A DNA stretch of 64,000 nt from contig OZ059894.1 of NCBI GenBank assembly GCA_964057225.1, forward strand, positions 248,001 to 312,000. Reading direction: 5' to 3'. The stretch is from Auanema rhodensis. Taxonomy: Eukaryota > Animalia > Nematoda. Positions 1 through 13,903 of this stretch are shown in pieces (position 1 is the first letter of the stretch; every line of letters begins with the position of its first letter). The notes under the pieces were generated by a model. It searched no databases. It had not been told where the DNA came from and saw only the letters and a program-made list of their open reading frames with translations. Position numbers and translations under genes: made by a program.

Positions 1-3000
1 TACCATGCACCAATATCAATAAAAATTTGTTTTTAGACTAATATGAACATGGGGAATCTAATTTTGAAAACCGCATCTCTTTATCTTTCACGTGAAGCGA
101 GTTACATACCAAGTGCACATCACGTGTACATTTAATTAGCATAAATTAAAGTTCACGTAAATTTCAAAGACATGGTTACCATGAACCAATATGTATGAAA
201 ATTTGTTTTTAGACTAATATGGACATGGGGAATCTAATTTTGAAAACCGCATCTCTTTATCTTTCACGTGAAGCGAGTTACATACCAAGTGCACATCACG
301 TGTACATTTAATTAGCATAAATTAAAGTTCACGTAAATTTCAAAGTCATGGTTACCATGCACCAATATCAATAAAAATTTGTTTTTAGACTAATATGGAC
401 ATGGGGAATCTAATTTTGAAAACCGCATCTCTTTATCTTTCACGTGAAGCGAGTTACATACCAAGTGCACATCACGTGTACATTTGATTAGCATTAATTA
501 AAGTTCACGTAAATTTCAAAGTCATGGTTACCATGAACCAATATCAATAAAAATTTGTTTTTAGACTAATATGGACATGGGGAATCTAATTTTGAAAACC
601 GCATCTCTTTATCTTTCACGTGAAGCGAGTTACATACCAAGTGCACATCACGTGTACATTTAATTAGCATAAATTAAAGTTCACGTAAATTTCAAAGTCA
701 TGGTTACCATGAACCAATATCAATAAAAATTTGTTTTTAGACTAATATGGACATGGGGAATCTAATTTTGAAAACCGCATCTCTTTATCTTTCACGTGAA
801 GCGAGTTACATACCAAGTGCACATCACGTGTACATTTAATTAGCATAAATTAAAGTTCACGTAAATTTCAAAGTCATGGTTACCATGCACCAATATCAAT
901 AAAAATTTGTTTTTAGACTAATATGGACATGGGGAATCTTATTTTGAAAACCGCATCTCTTTATCTTTCACGTGAAGCGAGTTACATACCAAGTGCACAT
1001 CACGTGTACATTTAATTAGCATAAATTAAAGTTCACGTAAATTTCAAAGTCATGGTTACCATGCACCAATATCAATAAAAATTTGTTTTTAGACTAATAT
1101 GAACATGGGGAATCTAATTTTGAAAACCGCATCTCTTTATCTTTCACGTGAAGCGAGTTACATACCAAGTGCACATCACGTGTACATTTAATTAGCATAA
1201 ATTAAAGTTCACGTAAATTTCAAAGACATGGTTACCATGAACCAATATGTATGAAAATTTGTTTTTAGACTAATATGGACATGGGGAATCTAATTTTGAA
1301 AACCGCATCTCTTTATCTTTCACGTGAAGCGAGTTACATACCAAGTGCACATCACGTGTACATTTAATTAGCATAAATTAAAGTTCACGTAAATTTCAAA
1401 GTCATGGTTACCATGCACCAATATCAATAAAAATTTGTTTTTAGACTAATATGGACATGGGGAATCTTATTTTGAAAACCGCATCTCTTTATCTTTCACG
1501 TGAAGCGAGTTACATACCAAGTGCACAACACGTGTACATTTAATTAGCATTAATTAAAGTTCACGTAAATTTCAAAGTCATGGTTACCATGAACCAATAT
1601 CAATAAAAATTTGTTTTTAGACTAATATGGACACGGGGAATCTAATTTTGAAAACCGCATCTCTTTATCTTTCACGTGAAGCGAGTTACATACCAAGTGC
1701 ACATCACGTGTACATTTAATTAGCATAAATTAAAGTTCACGTAAATTTCAAAGTCATGGTTACCATGAACTAATATCAATAAAAATTTGTTTTTAGACTA
1801 ATATGGACATGGGGAATCTAATTTTGAAAACCGCATCTCTTTATCTTTCACGTGAAGCGAGTTACATACCAAGTGCACATCACGTGTACATTTAATTAGC
1901 ATAAATTAAAGTTCACGTAAATTTCAAAGTCATGGTTACCATGAACCAATATCAATAAAAATTTGTTTTTAGACTAATATGGACATGGGGAATCTAATTT
2001 TGAAAACCGCATCTCTTTATCTTTCACGTGAAGCGAGTTACATACCAAGTGCACATCACGTGTACATTTAATTAGCATAAATCAAAGTTCACGTAAATTT
2101 CAAAGTCATGGTTACCATGAACCAATATCAATAAAAATTTGTTTTTAGACTAATATGGACATGGGGAATCTAATTTTGAAAACCGCATCTCTTTATCTTT
2201 CACGTGAACCGAGTTACATACCAAGTGCACATCACGTGTACATTTAATTAGCATAAATTAAAGTTCACGTAAATTTCAAAGTCATGGTTACCATGAACCA
2301 ATATCAATAAAAATTTGTTTTTAGACTAATATGGACATGGGAAATCTAATTTTGAAAACCGCATCTCTTTATCTTTCACGTGAAGCGAGTTACATACCAA
2401 GTGCACATCACGTGTACATTTAATTAGCATAAATTAAAGTTCACGTAAATTTCAAAGTCATGGTTACCATGAACCAATATCAATAAAAATTTGTTTTTAG
2501 ACTAATATGGACATGGGGAATCTAATTTTGAAAACCGCATCTCTTTATCTTTCACGTGAAGCGAGTTACATACCAAGTGCACATCACGTGTACATTTAAT
2601 TAGCATAAATTAAAGTTCACGTAAATTTCAAAGTCATGGTTACCATGCACCAATATCAATAAAAATTTGTTTTTAGACTAATATGAACATGGGGAATCTA
2701 ATTTTGAAAACCGCATCTCTTTATCTTTCACGTGAAGCGAGTTACATACCAAGTGCACATCACGTGTAAATTTAATTAGCATAAATTAAAGTTCACGTAA
2801 ATTTCAAAGTCATGGTTACCATGAACCAATATCAATGAAAATTTGTTTTTAGACTAATATGTACATGGGGAATTTTATTTTGAAAACCGCATCTCTTTAT
2901 CTTTCACGTGAAGCGAGTTACATACCAAGTGCACATCACGTGTACATTTAATTAGCATAAATTAAAGTTCACGTAAATTTCAAAGTCATGGTTACCATGA

Positions 3001-6000
3001 ACCAATATCAATAAAAATTTGTTTTTAGACTAATATGGACATGGGGAATCTAATTTTGAAAACCGCATCTCTTTATCTTTCACGTGAAGCGAGTTACATA
3101 CCAAGTGCACATCACGTGTACATTTAATTAGCATAAATTAAAGTTCACGTAAATTTCAAAGTCATGGTTACCATGCACCAATATCAATAAAAATTTGTTT
3201 TTAGACTAATATGAACATGGGGAATCTAATTTTGAAAACCGCATCTCTTTATCTTTCACGTGAAGCGAGTTACATACCAAGTGCACATCACGTGTAAATT
3301 TAATTAGCATAAATTAAAGTTCACGTAAATTTCAAAGTCATGGTTACCATGAACCAATATCAATGAAAATTTGTTTTTAGACTAATATGTACATGGGGAA
3401 TTTTATTTTGAAAACCGCATCTCTTTATCTTTCACGTGAAGCGAGTTACATACAAAGTGCACATCACGTGTACATTTAATTAGCATAAATTAAAGTTCAC
3501 GTAAATTTCAAAGTCATGGTTACCATGAACCAATATCAATAAAAATTTGTTTTTAGACTAATATGGACATGGGGAATCTTATTTTGAAAACCGCATCTCT
3601 TTATCTTTCACGTGAAGCGAGTTACATACCAAGTGCACAACACGTGTACATTTAATTAGCATAAATTAAAGTTCACGTAAATTTCAAAGTCATGGTTACC
3701 ATGCACCAATATCAATAAAAATTTGTTTTTAGACTAATATGGACATGGGGAATCTAATTTTGAAAACCGCATCTCTTTATCTTTCACGTGAAGCGAGTTA
3801 CATACCAAGTGCACATCACGTGTACATTTAATTAGCATAAATTAAAGTTCACGTAAATTTCAAAGTCATGGTTACCATGAACTAATATCAATAAAAATTT
3901 GTTTTTAGACTAATATGGACATGGGGAATCTAATTTTGAAAACCGCATCTCTTTATCTTTCACGTGAAGCGAGTTACATACCAAGTGCACATCACGTGTA
4001 CATTTAATTAGCATAAATTAAAGTTCACGTAAATTTCAAAGTCATGGTTACCATGAACCAATATCAATAAAAATTTGTTTTTAGACTAATATGGACATGG
4101 GGAATCTAATTTTGAAAACCGCATCTCTTTATCTTTCACGTGAAGCGAGTTACATACCAAGTGCACATCACGTGTACATTTAATTAGCATAAATCAAAGT
4201 TCACGTAAATTTCAAAGTCATGGTTACCATGAACCAATATCAATAAAAATTTGTTTTTAGACTAATATGGACATGGGGAATCTAATTTTGAAAACCGCAT
4301 CTCTTTATCTTTCACGTGAACCGAGTTACATACCAAGTGCACATCACGTGTACATTTAATTAGCATAAATTAAAGTTCACGTAAACTTCAAAGTCATGGT
4401 TACCATGAACCAATATCAATAAAAATTTGTTTTTAGACTAATATGGACATGGGAAATCTAATTTTGAAAACCGCATCTCTTTATCTTTCACGTGAAGCGA
4501 GTTACATACCAAGTGCACATCACGTGTACATTTAATTAGCATAAATCAAAGTTCACGTAAATTTCAAAGTCATGGTTACCATGAACCAATATCAATAAAA
4601 ATTTGTTTTTAGACTAATATGGACATGGGAAATCTAATTTTGAAAACCGCATCTCTTTATCTTTCACGTGAAGCGAGTTACATACCAAGTGCACATCACG
4701 TGTACATTTAATTAGCATAAATTAAAGTTCACGTAAATTTCAAAGTCATGGTTACCATGAACCAATATCAATAAAAATTTGTTTTTAGACTAATATGGAC
4801 ATGGGGAATCTAATTTTGAAAACCGCATCTCTTTATCTTTCACGTGAAGCGAGTTACATACCAAGTGCACATCACGTGTACATTTAATTAGCATAAATTA
4901 AAGTTCACGTAAATTTCAAAGTCATGGTTACCATGCACCAATATCAATAAAAATTTGTTTTTAGACTAATATGAACATGGGGAATCTAATTTTGAAAACC
5001 GCATCTCTTTATCTTTCACGTGAAGCGAGTTACATACCAAGTGCACATCACGTGTAAATTTAATTAGCATAAATTAAAGTTCACGTAAATTTCAAAGTCA
5101 TGGTTACCATGAACCAATATCAATGAAAATTTGTTTTTAGACTAATATGTACATGGGGAATTTTATTTTGAAAACCGCATCTCTTTATCTTTCACGTGAA
5201 GCGAGTTACATACCAAGTGCACATCACGTGTACATTTAATTAGCATAAATTAAAGTTCACGTAAATTTCAAAGTCATGGTTACCATGAACTAATATCAAT
5301 AAAAATTTGTTTTTAGACTAATATGGACATGGGGAATCTAATTTTGAAAACCGCATCTCTTTATCTTTCACGTGAAGCGAGTTACATACCAAGTGCACAT
5401 CACGTGTACATTTAATTAGCATAAATTAAAGTTCACGTAAATTTCAAAGTCATGGTTACCATGAACCAATATCAATAAAAATTTGTTTTTAGACTAATAT
5501 GGACATGGGGAATCTAATTTTGAAAACCGCATCTCTTTATCTTTCACGTGAAGCGAGTTACATACCAAGTGCACATCACGTGTACATTTAATTAGCATAA
5601 ATTAAAGTTCACGTAAATTTCAAAGTCATGGTTACCATGCACCAATATCAATAAAAATTTGTTTTTAGACTAATATGAACATGGGGAATCTAATTTTGAA
5701 AACCGCATCTCTTTATCTTTCACGTGAAGCGAGTTACATACCAAGTGCACATCACGTGTAAATTTAATTAGCATAAATTAAAGTTCACGTAAATTTCAAA
5801 GTCATGGTTACCATGAACCAATATCAATGAAAATTTGTTTTTAGACTAATATGTACATGGGGAATTTTATTTTGAAAACCGCATCTCTTTATCTTTCACG
5901 TGAAGCGAGTTACATACAAAGTGCACATCACGTGTACATTTAATTAGCATAAATTAAAGTTCACGTAAATTTCAAAGTCATGGTTACCATGAACCAATAT

Positions 6001-9000
6001 CAATAAAAATTTGTTTTTAGACTAATATGGACATGGGGAATCTAATTTTGAAAACCGCATCTCTTTATCTTTCACGTGAAGCGAGTTACATACCAAGTGC
6101 ACATCACGTGTACATTTAATTAGCATAAATTAAAGTTCACGTAAATTTCAAAGTCATGGTTACCATGCACCAATATCAATAAAATTTTGTTTTTAGACTA
6201 ATATGGACATGGGGAATCTTATTTTGAAAACCGCATCTCTTTATCTTTCACGTGAAGCGAGTTACATACCAAGTGCACATCACGTGTACATTTAATTAGC
6301 ATAAATTAAAGTTCACGTAAATTTCAAAGTCATGGTTACCATGCACCAATATCAATAAAAATTTGTTTTTAGACTAATATGAACATGGGGAATCTAATTT
6401 TGAAAACCGCATCTCTTTATCTTTCACGTGAAGCGAGTTACATACCAAGTGCACATCACGTGTACATTTAATTAGCATTAATTAAAGTTCACGTAAATTT
6501 CAAAGTCATGGTTACCATGAACCAATATCAATAAAAATTTGTTTTTAGACTAATATGGACATGGGGAATCTAATTTTGAAAACCGCATCTCTTTATCTTT
6601 CACGTGAAGCGAGTTACATACCAAGTGCACATCACGTGTACATTTAATTAGCATAAATTAAAGTTCACGTAAATTTCAAAGTCATGGTTACCATGAACTA
6701 ATATCAATAAAAATTTGTTTTTAGACTAATATGGACATGGGGAATCTAATTTTGAAAACCGCATCTCTTTATCTTTCACGTGAAGCGAGTTACATACCAA
6801 GTGCACATCACGTGTACATTTAATTAGCATAAATTAAAGTTCACGTAAATTTCAAAGTCATGGTTACCATGAACCAATATCAATAAAAATTTGTTTTTAG
6901 ACTAATATGGACATGGGGAATCTAATTTTGAAAACCGCATCTCTTTATCTTTCACGTGAAGCGAGTTACATACCAAGTGCACATCACGTGTACATTTAAT
7001 TAGCATAAATTAAAGTTCACGTAAATTTCAAAGTCATGGTTACCATGAACCAATATCAATAAAAATTTGTTTTTAGACTAATATGGACATGGGGAATCTA
7101 ATTTTGAAAACCGCATCTCTTTATCTTTCACGTGAACCGAGTTACATACCAAGTGCAGATCACGTGTACATTTAATTAGCATAAATTAAAGTTCACGTAA
7201 ATTTCAAAGTCATGGTTACCATGAACCAATATCAATAAAAATTTGTTTTTAGACTAATATGGACATGGGAAATCTAATTTTGAAAACCGCATCTCTTTAT
7301 CTTTCACGTGAAGCGAGTTACATACCAAGTGCACATCACGTGTACATTTAATAAGCATAAATTAAAGTTCACGTAAATTTCAAAGTCATGGTTACCATGC
7401 ACCAATATCAATAAAAATTTGATTTTAGACTAATATGGACATGGGGAATCTAATTTTGAAAACCGCATCTCTTTATCTTTCACGTGAAGCGAGTTACATA
7501 CCAAGTGCACATCACGTGTACATTTAATTAGCATAAATTAAAGTTCACGTAAATTTCAAAGTCATGGTTACCATGAACCAATATCAATAAAAATTTGTTT
7601 TTAGACTAATATGGACATGGGGAATCAAATTTTGAAAACCGCATCTCTTTATCTTTCACGTGAAGCGAGTTACATACCAAGTGCACATCACGTGTACATT
7701 TAATTAGCATAAATTAAAGTTCACGTAAATTTCAAAGTCATGGTTACCATGAACCAATATCAATAAAAATTTGTTTTTAGACTAAAATGGACATGGGGAA
7801 TCTAATTTTGAAAACCGCATCTCTTTATCTTTCACGTGAAGCGAGTTACATACCAAGTGCACATCACGTGTACATTTAATTAGCATAAATTAAAGTTCAC
7901 GTAAATTTCAAAGTCATGGTTACCATGCACCAATATCAATAAAAATTTGTTTTTAGACTAATATGAACATGGGGAATCTAATTCTGAAAACCGCATCTCT
8001 TTATCTTTCACGTGAAGCGAGTTACATACCAAGTGCACATCACGTGTACATTTAATTAGCATAAATTAAAGTTCACGTAAATTTCAAAGTCATGGTTACC
8101 ATGAACCAATATCAATAAAAGTTTGTTTTTAGACTAATATGGACATGGGGAATCAAATTTTGAAAACCGCATCTCTTTATCTTTCACGTAAAGCGAGTTA
8201 CATACCAAGTGCACATCACGTGTACATTTAATTAGCATAAATTAAAGTTCACGTAAATTTCAAAGTCATGGTTACCATGAACCAATATCAATAAAAATTT
8301 GTTTTTAGACTAATATGGACATGGGGAATCTAATTTTGAAAACCGCATCTCTTTATCTTTCACGTGAAGCGAGTTACATACCAAGTGCACATCACGTGTA
8401 CATTTAATTAGCATAAATTAAAGTTCACGTAAATTTCAAAGTCATGGTTACCATGCACCAATATCAATAAAAATTTGTTTTTAGACTAATATGGACATGG
8501 GGAATCCAATTTTGAAAACCGCATCTCTTTATCTTTCACGTGAAGCGAGTTACATACCAAGTGCACATCACGTGTACATTTAATTAGCATAAATTAAAGT
8601 TCACGTAAATTTCAAAGTCATGGTTACCATGAACCAATATCAATAAAAATTTGTTTTTAGACTAATATGGACATGGGGAATCTAATTTTGAAAACCGCAT
8701 CTCTTTATCTTTCACGTGAACCGAGTTACATACCAAGTGCAGATCACGTGTACATTTAATTAGCATAAATTAAAGTTCACGTAAATTTCAAAGTCATGGT
8801 TACCATGAACCAATATCAATAAAAATTTGTTTTTAGACTAATATGGACATGGGAAATCTAATTTTGAAAACCGCATCTCTTTATCTTTCACGTGAAGCGA
8901 GTTACATACCAAGTGCACATCACGTGTACATTTAATTAGCATAAATTAAAGTTCACGTAAATTTCAAAGTCATGGTTACCATGCACCAAAATCAATAAAA

Positions 9001-11792
9001 ATTTGTTTTTAGACTAATATGGACATGGGGAATCCAATTTTGAAAACCGCATCTCTTTATCTTTCACGTGAAGCGAGTTACATACCAAGTGCACATCACG
9101 TGTACATTTAATTAGCATAAATTAAAGTTCACGTAAATTTCAAAGTCATGGTTACCATGAACCAATATCAATAAAAATTTGTTTTTAGACTAATATGGAC
9201 ATGGGGAATCTAATTTTAAAAACCGCATCTCTTTATCTTTCACGTGAAGCGAGTTACATACCAAGTGCACATCACGTGTACATTTAATAAGCATAAATTA
9301 AAGTTCACGTAAATTTCAAAGTCATGGTTACCATGCACCAATATCAATAAAAATTTGATTTTAGACTAATATGGACATGGGGAATCTAATTTTGAAAACC
9401 GCATCTCTTTATCTTTCACGTGAAGCGAGTTACATACCAAGTGCACATCACGTGTACATTTAATTAGCATAAATTAAAGTTCACGTAAATTTCAAAGTCA
9501 TGGTTACCATGAACCAATATCAATAAAAATTTGTTTTTAGACTAATATGGACATGGGGAATCAAATTTTGAAAACCGCATCTCTTTATCTTTCACGTGAA
9601 GCGAGTTACATACCAAGTGCACATCACGTGTACATTTAATTAGCATAAATTAAAGTTCACGTAAATTTCAAAGTCATGGTTACCATGAACCAATATCAAT
9701 AAAAATTTGTTTTTAGACTAAAATGGACATGGGGAATCTAATTTTGAAAACCGCATCTCTTTATCTTTCACGTGAAGCGAGTTACATACCAAGTGCACAT
9801 CACGTGTACATTTAATTAGCATAAATTAAAGTTCACGTAAATTTCAAAGTCATGGTTACCATGCACCAATATCAATAAAAATTTGTTTTTAGACTAATAT
9901 GAACATGGGGAATCTAATTCTGAAAACCGCATCTCTTTATCTTTCACGTGAAGCGAGTTACATACCAAGTGCACATCACGTGTACATTTAATTAGCATAA
10001 ATTAAAGTTCACGTAAATTTCAAAGTCATGGTTACCATGAACCAATATCAATAAAAATTTGTTTTTAGACTAATATTGACATGGGGAATCTAATTTTGAA
10101 AACCGCATCTCTTTATCTTTCACGTGAAGCGAGTTACATACCAAGTGCACATCACGTGTACATTTAATTAGCATAAATTAAAGTTCACGTAAATTTCAAA
10201 GTCATGGTTACCATGCACCAATATCAATAAAAATTTGATTTTAGACTAATATGGACATGGGGAATCTAATTTTGAAAACCGCATCTCTTTATCTTTCACG
10301 TGAAGCGAGTTACATACCAAGTGCACATCACGTGTACATTTAATTAGCATAAATTAAAGTTCACGTAAATTTCAAAGTCATGGTTACCATGAACCAATAT
10401 CAATAAAAATTTGTTTTTAGACTAATATGGACATGGGGAATCAAATTTTGAAAACCGCATCTCTTTATCTTTCACGTGAAGCAAGTTACATACCAAGTGC
10501 ACATCACGTGTACATTTAATTAGCATAAATTAAAGTTCACGTAAATTTCAAAGTCATGGTTACCATGAACCAATATCAATAAAAATTTGTTTTTAGACTA
10601 AAATGGACATGGGGAATCTAATTTTGAAAACCGCATCTCTTTATCTTTCACGTGAAGCGAGTTACATACCAAGTGCACATCACGTGTACATTTAATTAGC
10701 ATAAATTAAAGTTCACGTAAATTTCAAAGTCATGGTTACCATGCACCAATATCAATAAAAATTTGTTTTTAGACTAATATGAACATGGGGAATCTAATTC
10801 TGAAAACCGCATCTCTTTATCTTTCACGTGAAGCGAGTTACATACCAAGTGCACATCACGTGTACATTTAATTAGCATAAATTAAAGTTCACGTAAATTT
10901 CAAAGTCATGGTTACCATGAACCAATATCAATAAAAGTTTGTTTTTAGACTAATATGGACATGGGGAATCAAATTTTGAAAACCGCATCTCTTTATCTTT
11001 CACGTAAAGCGAGTTACATACCAAGTGCACATCACGTGTACATTTAATTAGCATAAATTAAAGTTCACGTAAATTTCAAAGTCATGGTTACCATGAACCA
11101 ATACCAATAAAAATTTGTTTTTAGACTAATATGGACATGGGGAATCTAATTTTGAAAACCGCATCTCTTTATCTTTCACGTGAAGCGAGTTACATACCAA
11201 GTGCACATCACGTGTACATTTAATTAGCATAAATTAAAGTTCACGTAAATTTCAAAGTCATGGTTACCATGCACCAATATCAATAAAAATTTGTTTTTAG
11301 ACTAATATGAACATGGGGAATCTAATTCTGAAAACCGCATCTCTTTATCTTTCACGTGAAGCGAGTTACATACCAAGTGCACATCACGTGTACATTTAAT
11401 TAGCATAAATTAAAGTTCACGTAAATTTCAAAGTCATGGTTACCATGAACCAATATCAATGAAAATTTGTTTTTAGACTAATATGGACATGGAGAATCAA
11501 ATTTTGAAAACCGCATCTCTTTATCTTTCACGTGAAGCGAGTTACATAACAAGTGCACATCACGTGTACATTTAATTAGCATAAATTAAAGTTCACGTAA
11601 ATTTCAAAGTCATGGTTACCATGAACCAATATCAATAAAAGTTTGTTTTTAGACTAATATGGACATGGGGAATCAAATTTTGAAAACCGCATCTCTTTAT
11701 CTTTCACGTGAAGCGAGTTACATACCAAGTGCACATCACGTGTACATTTAATTAGCATAAATTAAAGTTCACGTAAATTTCAAAGTCATGGT

Positions 11793-11967
11793 TACCATGC
11801 ACCAATATCAATAAAAATTTGTTTTAGACTAATATGGACATGGGGAATCTAATTTTGAAAACCGCATCTCTTTATCTTTCACGTGAAGCGAGTTACATAC
11901 CAAGTGCACATCACGTGTACATTTAATTAGCATAAATTAAAGTTCACGTAAATTTCAAAGTCATGGT
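11793..11967 (+). repeat. 175-bp monomer (1-bp deletion, gtttttag to gttttag)
   Basis: 'aaaattt gttttagact' at 11814-11830; array phase shifts by one base downstream. Confidence 0.95.
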
Positions 11968-12671
11968 TACCATGAACCAATATCAATAAAAATTTGTTTT
12001 TAGACTAATATGGACATGGGGAATCTAATTTTGGAAACCGCATCTCTTTATCTTTCACGTGAAGCGAGTTACATACCAAGTGCACATCACGTGTACATTT
12101 AATTAGCATAAATTAAAGTTCACGTAAATTTCAAAGTCATGGTTACCATGAACCAATATCAATAAAAGTTTGTTTTTAGACTAATATGGACATGGGGAAT
12201 CAAATTTTGAAAACCGCATCTCTTTATCTTTCACGTAAAGCGAGTTACATACCAAGTGCACATCACGTGTACATTTAATTAGCATAAATTAAAGTTCACG
12301 TAAATTTCAAAGTCATGGTTACCATGAACCAATATCAATGAAAATTTGTTTTTAGACTAATATGGACATGGGGAATCAAATTTTGAAAACCGCATCTCTT
12401 TATCTTTCACGTGAAGCGAGTTACATACCAAGTGCACATCACGTGTACATTTAATTAGCATAAATTAAAGTTCACGTAAATTTCAAAGTCATGGTTACCA
12501 TGAACCAATATCAATAAAAATTTGTTTTTAGACTAATATGGACATGGGGAATCTAATTTTGGAAACCGCATCTCTTTATCTTTCACGTGAAGCGAGTTAC
12601 ATACCAAGTGCACATCACGTGTACATTTAATTAGCATAAATTAAAGTTCACGTAAATTTCAAAGTCATGGT

Positions 12672-13903
12672 TACCATGAACCAATATCAATAAAAGTTTG
12701 TTTTTAGACTAATATGGACATGGGGAATCAAATTTTGAAAACCGCATCTCTTTATCTTTCACGTAAAGCGAGTTACATACCAAGTGCACATCACGTGTAC
12801 ATTTAATGAGCATAAATTAAAGTTCACGTAAATTTCAAAGTCATGGTTACCATGAACCAATATCAATGAAAATTTGTTTTTAGACTAATATGGACATGGA
12901 GAATCAAATTTTGAAAACCGCATCTCTTTATCTTTCACGTGAAGCGAGTTACATACCAAGTGCACATCACGTGTACATTTAATTAGCATAAATTAAAGTT
13001 CACGTAAATTTCAAAGTCATGGTTACCATGAACCAATATCAATAAAAGTTTGTTTTTAGACTAATATGGACATGGGGAATCAAATTTTGAAAACCGCATC
13101 TCTTTATCTTTCACGTAAAGCGAGTTACATACCAAGTGCACATCACGTGTACATTTAATTAGCATAAATTAAAGTTCACGTAAATTTCAAAGTCATGGTT
13201 ACCATGAACCAATATCAATGAAAATTTGTTTTTAGACTAATATGGACATGGAGAATCAAATTTTGAAAACCGCATCTCTTTATCTTTCACGTGAAGCGAG
13301 TTACATACCAAGTGCACATCACGTGTACATTTAATTAGCATAAATTAAAGTTCACGTAAATTTCAAAGTCATGGTTACCATGAACCAATATCAATAAAAG
13401 TTTGTTTTTAGACTAATATGGACATGGGGAATCAAATTTTGAAAACCGCATCTCTTTATCTTTCACGTAAAGCGAGTTACATACCAAGTGCACATCACGT
13501 GTACATTTAATTAGCATAAATTAAAGTTCACGTAAATTTCAAAGTCATGGTTACCATGAACCAATATCAATGAAAATTTGTTTTTAGACTAATATGGACA
13601 TGGAGAATCAAATTTTGAAAACCGCATCTCTTTATCTTTCACGTGAAGCGAGTTACATACCAAGTGCACATCACGTGTACATTTAATTAGCATAAATTAA
13701 AGTTCACGTATATTTCAAAGTCATGGTTACCATGAACCAATATCAATAAAAGTTTGTTTTTAGACTAATATGGACATGGGGAATCAAATTTTGAAAACCG
13801 CATCTCTTTATCTTTCACGTGAAGCGAGTTACATACCAAGTGCACATCACGTGTACATTTAATTAGCATAAATTAAAGTTCACGTAAATTTCAAAGTCAT
13901 GGT
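12672..13903 (+). repeat. Local dimeric higher-order repeat (352 bp x ~3.5), copy in block A
   Basis: Strict alternation of type X (aaaagttt, aatcaaat, cacgtaaag) and type Y (caatgaaa, tggagaat, aatcaaat) monomers; the last X lacks cacgtaaag. Confidence 0.9.

Noticed and set aside
43-135. 30-codon ORF in each monomer (consensus MDMGNLILKTASLYLSREASYIPSAHHVYI*)
   Set aside because: It is short, has no recognisable homology, and has an in-frame stop just upstream. Common variants are often missense (D2N/Y, L6Q/F, A19P, E18K) or nonsense (TAC to TAA), with no sign of coding constraint. The 176-bp period is not a multiple of 3. Ribo-seq or proteomic evidence would be needed to revive it.
62-172. 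Possible derivation from Helitron/MITE-internal tandem repeats (motifs such as gaaaaccgcat, cataccaa, aaatttcaa feel reminiscent of invertebrate elements)
   Set aside because: This is only a vague impression from short AT-rich words. No element termini are in the window, so it cannot be supported without a Dfam or Repbase search.
1-176. Identity with known ~176-bp satellites (honey bee AluI repeat, Brassica CentBr, Arabidopsis CEN178, alpha satellite)
   Set aside because: Only the length agrees. The consensus lacks AGCT and AAGCTT sites (AGCT was seen only as a single variant at 16463-16466), and I recognise no sequence similarity. A database search is needed.
1-176. Canonical CENP-B box
   Set aside because: No TTCG-N4-A-N2-CGGG match on either strand of the consensus.
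119-176. Budding-yeast point centromere (CDEI-CDEII-CDEIII)
   Set aside because: ATCACGTG matches CDEI, but there is no ~80-bp >90% AT CDEII and no CDEIII, and point centromeres are not tandemly arrayed.
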